Source of the DNA: Eledone cirrhosa
Taxonomy: Eukaryota
NCBI GenBank assembly: GCA_964016885.1
Contig: OZ024755.1
Location: 24,800,001-24,864,000 of the forward strand
Length of the DNA: 64,000 nt
Direction of reading: 5' to 3'
This document shows, piece by piece, positions 12,895 to 26,615 of this stretch; within the stretch, counting starts at the first letter, position 1; the number at the start of each line of letters is the position of its first letter. Made by a program: the position numbers and the translations under genes. The notes under the pieces are model-generated. The model ran no database searches and had not been told where the DNA came from. It saw only the letters and a list, made by a program, of their open reading frames with translations.

Positions 12895-13150
12895 GTTTCA
12901 GTCATTAGACTGCGGCCATGCTGGGGCATGGCGCTCTTTATTGGATTCAATCATTAGACTTCGGCCATGCTGGGGCACTACATTTTTTATTGGCTTCAGT
13001 CATTAAATTGCGGCCATGCCGGGGCACCACATTTTGTGTGTGTGTGTGGGGGTTTCAGTCATTAGACTTCGGCCATTCTGGGGCACCACATTTTATATTG
13101 GATTCAGTCATTAGACTGCAGCTATGCTGGGACACCACTCATCTTATTAG
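12895..13150 (+). repeat. Tandem copies of a ~50-bp SINE-related motif
   Basis: ttcagtcattagact(g/t)cggccatgctggggcac repeated about 5 times; a single copy lies at about 38648. Confidence 0.75.
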
Positions 13151-13309
13151 ATTTAGTTGAACATATCGAGTCCTACTACTCATTTTTAAAAATCTGGTAC
13201 TTAATTTATCGATCAAATTTGTCGAACTGCTAGGAAACTGGACATAAACATAAACGCACACACAAATATATGTATGTATATGTGTGTTTGTAGGGGTATG
13301 AGGAGCAAG

Positions 13310-14930
13310 TTGAGGGCACATTAAGTAGCTTATTGGGTGGTAATTTGAGAACCTCTCCATATTGGAGGATTTATGTTTGTGTACTGTCTGTGAAATAATT
13401 TTAACTCGGGGTTGTCCAGTTTTTATGTATATATTTGTATGTGTGTGAGCAGTGGTTTTAGGCATTTACTTGTGGTTTGTTAGATTGTTTAGGATGTTTA
13501 ATATTTCATCTGTGCATAACTTACACAACTTCGTTCTTAGATCTTTCTAGAATCCTCCATTTCATGGAGAAATCTTCGAGGGTCCACACGTGGCTTGCAA
13601 GTGTCATTGCATGTATGTTGTCAGGTTGCCTAAATGTCGCTTCATTGTTAAGGAATCGGCCTTTAAAGCGACCCTCCGGCATTTTCATATATGTCTGATC
13701 TCCTGCTGCTGGTTTGAGTGAGTCGAGGAGACTTCTGTTTCATATGCCACGGCGGCTATGTTGCATTGTTGGTCAAGGAAGTATGTGGCCGGTCTTCTGC
13801 TTGAACAGCCTAGAGTTGGGGAGCTCTTGGGTTTGTTGGTGAGGTGGTATTTCATTGCTTTTGCACAGGAATTTTTACCGTATGGCTGTTAAATATTTGC
13901 CTATAGTTATGGCCGACAGAGAAATGTTTATCTATGAGCGCTAAGAATTTCTTTCCTATGTTAGTTTTAACATTAGGGGACAAAGAGAGGATGAAAACCA
14001 TATGATTTCTTTACTCCTGTTTTTTCTTCCCGTAGTTTTTTGGTGCTGGTCAGGCTAATAGGAGATTATTTTCTGTGAAACTGCTGTTGGCTAGTGCCGT
14101 GTTACAATAGAAAGCTGCCCTATCGGAAATGGCTTTGTTAGACAAAATATTGAAGATTCTCCTACTTATATTATTAACTAGGTTTTTAAAAACTATAAGT
14201 GGATGGTAGGAATTTATAGATCTATCTGAAGTTTTTCATTTGGTTTGTGTGAGATCGTAGAAGCATGTGAACATTTAGAAAGTTGACACTTGTGAGATTG
14301 GTGGCCACAATAAATGTGACTATTAAGTTTTTCCTAAACACATCGAGGTCGTGACCACTTATGGCTCGATAGGGCCAGATAATCATCGTGATATATGGAA
14401 GTAAAGGAATTTGGTTCCTAGCCTGTCCAAAATACATAGACCCACAAATCATATAAGTCCGCGCTATCGAATGATACCATTGATACATGGAACAGGTCTG
14501 TGGAAGTTGGTTTTTTTAACCAAGACTACTCCATTGTTAAGGAGTGGGGGGGGGGGGGGTTTCTACAGTGGGATATAATTTGGTGGTTTCTGTCATGTAC
14601 ACTAATCTAGTTAGTAGCAAAGTCTAAATTTATCTTCTAAAGCTTTGTTAACGCTGGTAAGGGTGTTAAACCAATTAATTATAGTTTGACCATTGATTGG
14701 AGTTGGTTTGCTATGGTCGTGACTAGGTACGCAAGTATATTCTTACTAACTAGTCTTATTTCTGTATGTGCAGGGTTTATAAACCTGCATGTGGGGTTAT
14801 TGAGGAAATCTGGTTTGTGATCTTTTAGCATTATGAAGCTCTCACGTTTGACTAAACATTCTAGTTTCTTGTCTACATTAAGAGATTTGGGTAAGGTTTT
14901 GACCTAATCTGCTTTTTGACATTTGGAAAT
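13310..14930 (-). mobile_element. Degenerate Penelope-like retroelement (RT to C-terminal region)
   Basis: Minus-strand translation gives KRESFIMLKDHKPDFLNNPTCRFINPAHTEIRLVSK, TNLTSVNFLNV and ERFSNYH, all PLE-like motifs. Many frameshifts and stops. Confidence 0.8.
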
Positions 14931-15835
14931 TATGGTCTTATGTCTAAATGGAATAAAACAAGTTTTGCGTATTTCGGAGCACAGGTTCCCGAGATACGGG
15001 GTTATTCCGGGTACCTTCGTAAATAGAGAGAGAAAAAGATTAAGAAAGAGATAGTGGTTGTGATAGAGATTGAAAGAGAGATATCAGAGTATATTTTAAT
15101 TATTTGAAAATTATCTTTAGGTGAACGTGACCCAGCAGGTCATGGGTGGTCTAGTTTAAATATAAACATGCAAACACAGACACACAAAAATACACATAGA
15201 CATACATTCATACAAACACACACATTCGCGCAAATACACACATATACATTTACACAAACACTCATATACACTCACACACAGCGTAGCAAATGGAACGCCA
15301 GCTGGTGTTTTGCTATAATTTTTTCAGCATCCACTTCTTTCCTTTTACACACACATACATTCACACACATTGTGTGACGGACGGATGTCGTATATATATA
15401 TATATATACATACGTACGTTCAAATTTGGTTGTTTACCACTACTTAGAATTGGTCTCTCTTCAATGTTAACCATCATGTAATACGAGAAAAGCACTCGAC
15501 ATTATGCAACTCATCCATCTTCGATGTTGAATCATGTTGGAGTAAATGTATTCTAAAGTGAAATGACAGGAGGCTAAATATGTTGAATTTCCTTAATTTT
15601 TTTAGTATCAGCAACTGAAAAACCAATGGAAACATTATTTCCTTGGTCCGATTTGACAAGGTCCACCACACTCGACAAGCGAATGAGGTCTGGGAACTTG
15701 TTGATCGATCAGAGTGAGTGGGTTGTTACTTGATAATGTGGAGTAAGGCTGTAGACATAGCGTAGATGAATGATTAGGAAATTCGCTTCACAAACATTTG
15801 ATTTCGGGTTAAATCACTCTGCATGTCGTCTTGAG

Positions 15836-16285
15836 CAGCTGTCATTTACCACAACCTCTGGTCTACCCATGTAATGTGAGCATGGTATCTCGGGCAGCTG
15901 TTATTTACCACAGCCTCTGGTCTACCCATGTCATGTGAGCATGGTATCTCGGGCAGCTGTTGTTTACCACAGCCTCTGGTATACCCATGTCATGTGAGCA
16001 TGGTATCTCGGGCAGCTGTTATTTACCACAGCCTCTGGTCTACCCATGCCATGTGAGCATGGTATCTCGGGCAGCTGTTATTTACCACAGCCTCTGGTCT
16101 ACCCATGTCATGTGAGCATGGTATCTCGGGCAGCTGTTATTTACCACAGCCTCTGGTCTACCCATGTCATGTGAGCATGGTATCTCGGGCAGCTGTTGTT
16201 TACCACAGCCTCTGGTATACCCATGCCATGTGAGCATGGTATCTCGGGCAGCTGTGGTTTACCACAGCCTCTGGTCTACCCCTAT
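15836..16285. repeat. 59-bp minisatellite (about 7.5 copies) inside a SINE-like element
   Basis: Unit cagctgttatttaccacagcctctggtctacccatgtcatgtgagcatggtatctcggg. SINE-like sequence continues on both sides (15750-15835 and 16285-16420). Confidence 0.85.
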
Positions 16286-18282
16286 CTTGTGAGTAAAATT
16301 CGGTAGACGTAAACTGGATTGATTGTTCCTGTAATTCAATGGAATAGCCATACCACACAGTGTGTCACACTGAATCTCTCTTCATGAACAGGCTGTTCCA
16401 TTGATCGCACAACTGGAATACTACCCCCCCCCCTTCTTCAATCAAACACAAATCCAAACTATTATATAAGATAGGTATTTGTAAACATCCATAGTTGTAG
16501 CCATCTTTATTCTACCCAATCTAACAGAAAGCTCGATCCTATATTCGACTTTCTTCTCATTGTTATAACTCGCGTTACAATACTTAAAAAGGACCCTTTA
16601 ACCACTGTAAAAGCATTACTAAGTTAGACACCTATCTATTCGTGCTCTTTCTGGTCGTTGCTATAAATCTTTAGGAGTCTTATGTAAACTAGGAATCCAG
16701 AAAAATCTAGGAATACACCTACTCTTCTCTTCTACTCTCCAACCTCAGATCTTCCACTTCAAGTATACGTTCCTCAACCAGTGAATTGATGTCTTGCAAC
16801 ACCATCCTATAACTCGCATTAACACTAAAGCTATAATCACTACCACCTTCCAAACCATCAAATAGTATTCCTTACAAATGTCTATTCTCAATACATGCGT
16901 TTCCCTTAGAAGGTTGGCTTAAAAAACACATTGATAATTACATAAATATGAACAAAAAGATAAAAACGAAATAAGTAATGAGAAAAATGGGAAGGGATAA
17001 AGAAGGGCAGATCTGGCTGTATGGGAAAGTAGAAGAAAGGACTATAAATGCCATAAATGAGAGGAAAGGAGGGGAAAAGCAAGGACTATGGGGTCACAGA
17101 AGAATTGGAGGGGAAGGGGAGACAGTGATGGGCTCTGACGACAATACTGCAACTACTTCAAGAGTGCGGAAGTGCAATTGCTGCAGCTGCTGTTGCAGAA
17201 AAATGCAAAAATAACTAGAACATACAGCCCCCCCCCCCCCCCCCCCCCCACATACACACACACACACACCCACCACTACCACCATCATTTTACATATCAA
17301 GTTAGCTTGGCGTAGGCAATTGGAATTGAAAAAGTTATACATACAGGTATTAAATAAAAAAAATTCTAACCATCTTTAAACTAAAAAGCCCAGCTGAGGG
17401 CACAAATACATTGCTACGACCATCGCTGGTGGTGCCCCCACTGTAGGGGGCCCGGGGTAATTACCCCCCCCCCCCCCATACACACACATTAAATCCAGCT
17501 ATGGGTGACAGCGCTTTGTATTATAGGTACAACACATTTTATTTTTGCCATGTGAGTGGGCAGAAGCTACGCGAAATCGTGTGATTTGCGGAAGTTACTC
17601 AAAGCGCTACCAGTCATAGAACACAGGTGACCCCATTACCGTGTGCTGATCACCACTGGCCATTAAGCCGCGTGTCTTCGTAGACGTGGCGATTCGAACT
17701 TGAAATACCACCTAAACTTGAAATACAATTGAATTCGTTAGTATTATTGCTCCTCTGCTGCTACTACTGCTGCTGCAACGTCAGCGTCAAGTTTAAAGTT
17801 ATTCACCTGTGACGATATATATATATATATAATTGGTTAAAATTCATACTCAACAATGTGTTTATTTATTCCACCTGGTGGCTACAGCTGTATAACTATA
17901 CGACTGAACAACTATACAAAACAACAAACAAACAGACAACTTCATAACTACTACCCAGACATAGAGATTATACAACTACAACTATATACATAAATAGCTA
18001 TATAACCGTAGAAATTCACAAGCATACGGATACACAGTTATATAACTATAGAATTATACAAACGTAGAGCTACACAACTATACGGATACACAGTTATACT
18101 AATATACACAGCTAAACTACAACTACACACCTGTCAAATACCACAAGACCATTATTGATTATCATCAACATCAGGTAAATAGCAGATGAATATATCTATA
18201 TACAACTTGTTGCATATGTGTGTGTCTGTGTGCCTGTGTGCGCGTTCACTTCTCTCCCTCTCTTTATATATATATATACATA

Positions 18283-18497
18283 CATAGGAAAAGAGTCAGG
18301 ACCCCGACGGCTGAGCTCCGGCCGTTTCGACAGCTAGATTCTAACGCAGGTTTTATATCAGAGTGATCTAGCTGTCGAAACGGCCGGAGCTCAGCCGTCG
18401 GGGTCCCGACTCTTTTCCTATTATCCACTCTACTAACCTAAGTATTGAGTACTCTGGTGTATTATGGTCCACATGGTATCTTACCAGACCCTCTTTG

Positions 18498-18553
<56 letters not shown>

Positions 18554-18555
18554 GT

Positions 18556-18601
<46 letters not shown>

Positions 18602-18667
18602 ATTGGCTGTTGAAACGGCAAGAGCTCAGCCGTCGGGTCCCGACTCTTTATAATATATATGTATATA

Positions 18668-18714
<47 letters not shown>

Positions 18715-19000
18715 GTAGAGCGAGAGACTCCTAGTCACTCTGATATAAAACCTGCGGCTTCGTTTGCATCCAATGACGTAGACCAGTTCTTCTTTTTTGG
18801 CAAATGTATTCGATGTTCCAAGAGTGGGATTGGCCCCATGGAAAGCCTTCCTCACTTAAAAAAAGCTTCAGACACAGACATTGCTGGTATGCATGGGTGA
18901 CTGCTGGTATTCTGCAGAAACACCTTGCCCTGGCCTGTGCCTCAGAGAAGAACTTTCTAGGTGCAAAACCTATAATCATTTGTATCTGAACGTGGTCCTT
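18283..19000. mobile_element. Modular non-autonomous element flanked by (TA)n/(TG)n, with an internal inverted repeat
   Basis: Inverted repeat at 18283-18339 / 18366-18421. Modules are shared with 19981-20763, 32895-33120 and 36410-36995. Confidence 0.65.
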
Positions 19001-19900
19001 ATGTAGATATATATATATGCATATATATCTATATTTATACAAATGTATAACTTAGTTTCATAATTTGATAGGTGTCAGCCATTATTGGCCCAGGCCATGA
19101 TTCACCCACGGCAAATCATGTATGAGGTCATAACATCATATAACCCTCATATAACCCTCTCTTCATGTTATCGATCCCCTAAAGAGAAATGGAAAAGTTG
19201 AAGTAAAGACCTGTAAAAATTTATTCTTGTGCCCTAACGACTCTTCCAGTTCTCACCCTTCGACATTTTGTACTAAGAAACAAATTGAATCCCTAACTAA
19301 CAACATGTACAAATATTGTGTTTTATATAGTGATATTTGTAGCTTTGGCTCAAGACACGCATTTTTTGTGGGCAGGAAATAATTTTGTATAGCGACCCCT
19401 ATATTAGTCTGTTACTTTATTTTATCGAACACGGATAGTTAAAAAGCAAAGTTGATCTCGGCGAAATTCGAATACCGAATAAAAGGAGCCAGACCAACGG
19501 CCATATAGCATTTGATGAAAGCGCTAACGTTTGTACCAACCCATCACCATTGGTTTCTAATTTAGGCACAAAGTCATCAAACTTAAGAGAATGGAACAGT
19601 CAATATTATCGATCCCAGTACTTGACTTGTACTTTATTTATCGACACTGGAAGGATAAAAAGTAAATCCCACCACCCCAGAAAGATTTTGAAATGGGCAT
19701 GTAATAATATACTTCTATAGTATATTATTCAATCATATAATTGTGATTGAATAATATACTTATAGAAGTATATACAACGTTCCACCGAATTTGCCGATCC
19801 ATCCCAACTCCACGGAGAGAATAACTTATGAAGTCCTTGTTTATGTATTTTTTTTATTCTGTCAAGTGTATAATGACGTGATAAGTACAAATACAGACAG

Positions 19901-19931
<31 letters not shown>

Positions 19932-19980
19932 TACATACATACATACATACATACATACATACATACATACATACATACAT

Positions 19981-20761
19981 GGTGGCTGCCAACTCGTTTT
20001 CGAGTACGGCCACTACTTTATATCCATGTAGGAGAACCCCTACCGATGCGCTGAACGAGTGTGACTTTTTAGTCCAGCCAGCGACTTGAAAACTCTGGTA
20101 CAAACACTACACTTGTGACAATTACTGACACATAGTGCTGGGCCCATGGTACCATATGACGACAAGTGCAGAGAGATCTGCAGATATAAAGCAATGCCTG
20201 TGCCGTGAAGCTTTTATAGTGAGCAATACATATATACATACATACATACACACATACATACATACATACACAAACATACATGCATAATAACACACACACA
20301 CACTACACTTGTGTCACATATCAAACAATACCTGTGTCTGAAGCTTTTTTAAGTGAGGAAAAGCTTTCCACTGGGCCAATCCCACAATTGGAACATCGAA
20401 TGCATTTGCCAAAAAAGAAGAACTGGTCTACATCATTGGATGCAAACGAAGTCGCAGGTTTTATATCAGAGTGACCTCCTAGAGAGGTGTCTTAATGAAG
20501 ACTAGGAGTCTCTCGCTCTGCAAACATACATACATATATACATGCATATACATACATACACACACATATATATAATATATATATTATAAAGAGTCGGGTC
20601 CCGACGGCTGAGCTCTTGCCGTTTCAACAGCCAATAGACACACACATACTTATATATATATATATAGGAACGAGTTCGTTCCTATTACCCACTCTACTAC
20701 CCTAAGTATTGAGTACTTTGGTGCGTTATGGTCCACCTGGTTCCTTACCACATTTCCTTCG

Positions 20762-20763
<2 letters not shown>
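19981..20763. mobile_element. Same modular microsatellite-flanked element family
   Basis: 19981-20225 is the reverse complement of 36520-36760; 20330-20640 is the reverse complement of 18600-18880. The terminal module cctattacccactctactaccctaagtattgagtact...ccttaccac lies at 20681-20750. Confidence 0.7.
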
Positions 20764-20844
<81 letters not shown>

Positions 20845-21054
20845 CATACATACATACATACATACATACATGATAGCTGACCCCTCGTTATCGAGTATGG
20901 CCATTGCACGATACACCATTATTAATAATTATTAATTAATTCTATCGTGCAATGCCTGTGCGTGAAGACATTTTTTAAAATGAGGAAAGACTGAGCACTG
21001 AGCCAATCCCACTCTCTGAGCGACAGTAGCTATAACCCGAAAAGAAGAAAAGAT

Positions 21055-21114
21055 GTATATATCTCTCTATATATATATACATATATATTTATGTATATAT
21101 CTATATATATATAT

Positions 21115-21145
<31 letters not shown>

Positions 21146-21168
21146 CATATATATATATATATATATAT

Positions 21169-21227
<59 letters not shown>

Positions 21228-21261
21228 TATATATATATATATATATCATATATATATATAT

Positions 21262-21292
<31 letters not shown>

Positions 21293-21350
21293 CATATATA
21301 TATCATATATATATATATCATATATATATCATATATATATATATATCACA

Positions 21351-21398
<48 letters not shown>

Positions 21399-21796
21399 TA
21401 TATAAGATATATCCGATATATGCATAGTTTTATTGTTCTACAATAATATATAATATATATATATATATCATATATATATATGTATATATATATATATCAT
21501 ATATATATATATATATATCATATATATATATATATATCATATATATATATATATATATATCATATATATATATATATATATATCATATATATATATCATA
21601 TATATATATATATATCATATATATATATATATATCATATATATATATATCATATATATATATATATATATATCATATATATATATATATATATCATATAT
21701 ATATATCATATATATATATATATATATATATATCATATATATATATATATCATATATATATATATCATATATATATATATCATATATATATATATC

Positions 21797-21834
<38 letters not shown>

Positions 21835-21917
21835 TATATATATATATATATATCATATATATATATATATCATATCATATCATATATATATATATCATAT
21901 ATATATATATTATATAC
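21055..21917. repeat. (TA)n / (CATATA..) microsatellite block
   Basis: About 860 bp of almost pure TA with periodic C. Confidence 0.95.
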
Positions 21918-22506
21918 ATGGGCGAAGACAGGAAATGAACAAATGCAGACAATCCCATTTCATCAGTCGGTCGCTAAAGATAAGTTTAGTTTATTTGTTC
22001 ACGTTTTCCCCTTTTGTGTTGTGTTTTTCTCTGTTTCTCCTAGCTCAGTCAAGGCTTTCTGTTTATGATGACCTTAATAATTGTTTCTACTTTTGGCACA
22101 AGACCACCAATTTTCTAGTGTATTAGGTGTACTTTACTTTATCGACCCCGTAAGGATGAAAGGCAAAGTTAACCTCGGTGGGGTTTAAACAGAACTTTCC
22201 TAAACTGTTCTGAATGCTCAGAAGTTATTCAATGTGTACTGGGAAATATTTTCCATTGTGTGGGTTTACATTCATACATACCTACATTTATACATATACG
22301 TACGTACGTACATACATACATATACGTACATACAATCCAAACTGGAGATTTATTCGAGAGACTGTCAGAGTCGAACTGACATATCATGGTGATACTGGTA
22401 GCAGTTCCATAACGTGACAAAATCACGTGACTTTATAAAGAGGATGGCAGTTGGAATCACCTGGGTTAGTTACATGAATAACAAAAACAGATGCAAAATA
22501 CGTACA

Positions 22507-22544
<38 letters not shown>

Positions 22545-23774
22545 TCACTGGCTTAGAGAGCCGAGGACGATACAGCTTTTCCAACTAACCACGGAGACTG
22601 TCTCTGTGTCATAAAAGACAACGAAGGGAGTTGGCGCCAGGATGACCATCCGATCAGAAAATAACACCTAAAAAAGGACCTCATGATGAATATAATAATA
22701 TGTGAACCGGAAACAGCTCGAAGTACCTCGTAGGGGTCCAGAATCTCTCTCGTTAAAAGGCAAGGTGGGGCCCGTGGTGTAAATGAGGGACGACTTCAGT
22801 CTGTTTATAATTTGAATAAATATTTTTTATGGTGTAAACATAATTTGACTTTAATATTTAAAACATTGCTGACTGTTCTTTAAGATAGAAATACTGTCAT
22901 ATCGAATGAATAATGGCTGCAAACTCTGCTAAGAGTATTGCAATCGCATATCAGATTACAGAAAATGGTGCATTTTTAGGCTACGGCCAGCCACACGAAC
23001 CTGTAACAAACCCTGAACAAGCAATGCCCGTGCTTTGAAGGTTTTTTTAAGTGGGGAAAGGCCTTGCACTCGACCAATCCCACCCTCTGAGCATCGAAAA
23101 CACTACCCGAAAAGGAGAACTGGTCAACATCATCGGATGCTTCCGAAGCCGTAGGTTTTTTTCAGAGTTTACCTCTCTTAGAACGGTGTTGTGACAACAA
23201 CTGTGGGCCTTTCACTCCCAGGTGAAAAAAAAGTACTATTTGGATGACCGTTGGCTCTTCTGAGTTCCTCCACCCTTTGCCAGGTGTCCAAATATTACCC
23301 TCCTCACCAAGCAATCTTGATGGGGTTGCCGGTTTAGTCGCCGACGACCCGACCACGTGACAAGTTGTACTGGGTTACATGTTACCAGTAGCACTCGAGA
23401 GCGACCTCACATATATCGAATGAATAGAAGTAAACATGCACACACACGTATACCAGGTCCGAATACAGAGAAGCCGAAGTCCCAGGAAATGAAAGCCAGG
23501 CAGTTGTTGAGGGGGAAATGGTGACGATGCAGAAAAAGGAAGAAACATGTCATGGAGTTCTCAAAACTAACTCCTGCTCTAACGTGAAAGGTGGCCTTAA
23601 AACACTTGTGTTGTTAATGTTGTTGTTCCTGTCTCCTCGAAGATACAACCAATGGTCAATGGTTTCGTTGTTGTGTCAAACTATATTCACTTTTCTGTTT
23701 TTCTGGTTCTTCATTTTCTTTCTTTTGTTATATCTAGTGTGTTTGAACAAACAAAGCCCAACCTAGAACAAAAG

Positions 23775-23849
<75 letters not shown>

Positions 23850-23983
23850 AGAAGAGGACGAGTGAGTAGATGGCGAACGAAAGAAGGAAAATAACAACAA
23901 CAACTACAACAATAACACTATTTTATTATTTGTAAAGGAGGAATTAATTAGTCATTATTGTTTCGTTGTAAAGCGGATGCAAC

Positions 23984-23990
23984 ATGGAAG
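23984..23990 (+). CDS. Gene B candidate first coding micro-exon (Met-Glu + G)
   Basis: aacATGGAAG|gtgagt is a consensus donor at 23991. Phase 1 matches the 24991 acceptor, and there is an in-frame TAA just upstream. A different upstream exon cannot be excluded. Confidence 0.45.
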
Positions 23991-24659
23991 GTGAGTGTTA
24001 CGTGATGATAATAATTTTTGTTTAATTTAATTGAAGTTTGATTTAATTTACACAAAAATTAAGACAGGAAATGGCTGGGTAAGTGATTGATAAGTAGAGG
24101 AATACCTACCTCTACTTATCAATCACTTAACCCTGGTAGGTATTCAGGGAACAACATCCTTGGACTATTAATACCATCCCTCCCTAATGGAGTCGTAGAG
24201 ACGCCGCCATGACACACGGCGTGCCTTAGTCATTTGAAACCTGCAGCGGCAATTCCTCCTCCGCACGTTTCTGTATGATTGCAAAGCAAACGTCTTGAAT
24301 ATTTGGCCACAGTTAGTACGATGTCATTAATATAGGACATTATCTAGTTTACCTGGCTATGAACCAAAGAGTAAATGGTTTTCTCTGTGGAAGGGGGGAG
24401 TCAAATGCAACAGCTCACTCGATAAAAAAAAAACATTCGTTAATTTTAAAATAGTCCTCCTATTAACAGTATTGAGTTACATAACACGGTTCTCACCTCC
24501 CTCCAACAGCACATATGTACAGCTGCTTTGACCGGGTGGAGAAATAAATCATCCTTTGACAAACCTTCAATTTTCTGATTAATACCTAATCACATTATCC
24601 ATCAATGGGTCAAAGGATGATTTATTTCTTCACCCGATCTAAGCAGCTGTACATATGTG

Positions 24660-24900
24660 GTGTTGGAGATCCACAGGTAGACTCCGAATAAGATGGTTGG
24701 ATAACATCCATGAACATGGCTGGTCTCGCTTGGGGATCCAGTCGGATCAGTTGGAAACTGTTGCTTCTGACTTGACCCACTGGAAATGGTGTTTGAGGAC
24801 TCTTCCCTCACGACCATCTCGGGAATAAGTAGGCGAAGAAGAAGAGGAAGAAGAAGAAGAGGAAGAAGAAGAGGAAGAAGAAGAGGAAGAAGAAGAAGAG
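24660..24900 (+). mobile_element. RTE LINE 3' end with (GAA/GAG)n tail
   Basis: Homologous to 3100-3290 (agatggttggataacatccatga...); ends in a gaagaagaggaagaa tail. Confidence 0.8.
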
Positions 24901-24990
24901 TGTTGTAAGGAAGGGCACACATGATACATATATGATTATAAACTCATTCATATATGTTTATTAATAAATCTGTTTCCATTTTACTTTCAG

Positions 24991-25295
24991 TGGATGATGG
25001 CGGAGCCCATTTTGAGGGCTGGTCGATAATTGGAAGATTGCCCACAAAATTTAACTCTGTGTTTATTTGTACTTCGGCAGGAGTTTTCTTCCTACTATTC
25101 ATAATACTCCTTATGTGTAAATGTTGGTTGGTCCAATGTGGGAGAAATAATCAGCTTGCATCATCCCCCGAACAAAATCAAAGAAGAAATAATCCAATAC
25201 CTCTTGTTATACCATCAATCAACATATCGATTATATCAAAACCGACTTTGCAAACTGTAGAAAATGGTGAGAAATACTATTTAGCAGCTGCTTGA
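24991..25295 (+). CDS. Gene B terminal exon: single-pass membrane protein ending in ...GEKYYLAAA
   Basis: Acceptor ttttactttcag|TG (phase 1). Reads (V)DDGGAHFEGWSIIGRLPTKFNS-VFICTSAGVFFLLFIILLM-CKCWLVQCGR...PTLQTVENGEKYYLAAA*. AATAAA at 25410. C-terminus is homologous to gene C. Confidence 0.8.
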
Positions 25296-26324
25296 GACAA
25301 CATAATATTTTACAAAAACACAAACATACAACACAAGATAAAAATGATACAAAGCCTAACAATTGTATAAGGGACCCACGTCTTTTATTTTACAAATATG
25401 TCAACTGACAATAAATAACAGTGGAATTTATCCTCGCTGGTCATGGTACTGTTAAACAAAATGAAACGAAAAGGCGCCAAAGGGCATTCCGAAACCTAGA
25501 TATTTCCAATTATATATATATATATATATATAGTCGATCGATTTTCGTCACATCGACGAAACAATGGTTCCATTGGTCTTTCCAATTGCTAATACTATCT
25601 ATCGGTCGTAACTTCAGGTAGAAGGAGCAACGTGAAATAAAGTGTCTTGCTCAAGGACATAATGCATCGCCCGGTCCGGGAATCTAACTCACAACCTCAT
25701 GATTGTGAATCCAATTCTCTACCTACTCAGCCGTGCGCCTTCAAACTATAAATAATTGTAAATAATTAGAAATATGAAATGAAAAACAAACTTTTCGGGT
25801 GTACTCTGTTCTTAAACTTAGCCCTTACTAAACTGTAATTCTAACTCCAACTTCTAAACTTAACACATACTAAATCACTAAAATACTCACCAAATGGTTG
25901 ACGCCTTAGTGGGAGGATTTCAACAGGCGATGGACTGCTGTACATCACATATATTCAGTTTTAACAAAATTAGGTGATCTAGATTCAATGCGAAAACAGA
26001 TCAAACCAGTTTAGGGTTTAACACTGAAATGGCGGATTCTAGTCGCTTATTCCAGGATCACAGAGGAACCTGAATTTAGTTTATTTAGACAACTGGACCA
26101 CTCGTTGTATATACAGGGTAACCACTGCGTACAACGGTGTATATTACATAATCCATGCTGGCTATTTTCAGCTCTGTAAATGTATAGTTAAGTCTTTAAT
26201 GGTAAGGGATAAATAGATTGTAAGTTATCTCTGACATCTTAATATGTTCATGGCTATAGCAAGTCTCAGATTTGAGAAGATGCTACACAGTAAGTCTATT
26301 CAGTGCTTATTCATGAATATTATA

Positions 26325-26615
26325 GGCAGTGTCTTTAATTAGAAATATGGTAACAAAAGGGTTAAGTACATAGACAGTGTCTTTAATTAGAAATATGGTA
26401 ACAAAAGGGTTAAATACATAGGCAGTGTTTTCATTAGAAATATGGTAATGAAAGGGTTAAATACATAGGCAGTGTCTTTCATTAGAAATATGGTAATGAA
26501 AGGGTCAATGACATTGGCAGTGTCTTTAATTAAAAATATGGTAATGAAAGAGTCAATGACATTGGCAGTGTCTTTAATTAGAAATATGGTAATGAAAGGG
26601 TCAATGACATTGGTG
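26325..26615. repeat. 48-bp minisatellite, about 6 copies
   Basis: g(g/a)cagtgtctttaattagaaatatggtaatgaaagggt.aa recurs at about 26325, 26373, 26421, 26468, 26516 and 26564. Confidence 0.9.

Noticed and set aside
21053-21938. YIYI-rich ORFs (also 35898-37437 and 38095-38623)
   Set aside because: Translations of (TA)n/(TG)n tracts that lack stop codons.
24954-24990. ORF-track start MFINKSVSILLS of the 113-aa ORF
   Set aside because: It overlaps a polypyrimidine tract and AG acceptor and is more likely intronic, although an unspliced isoform is not excluded.
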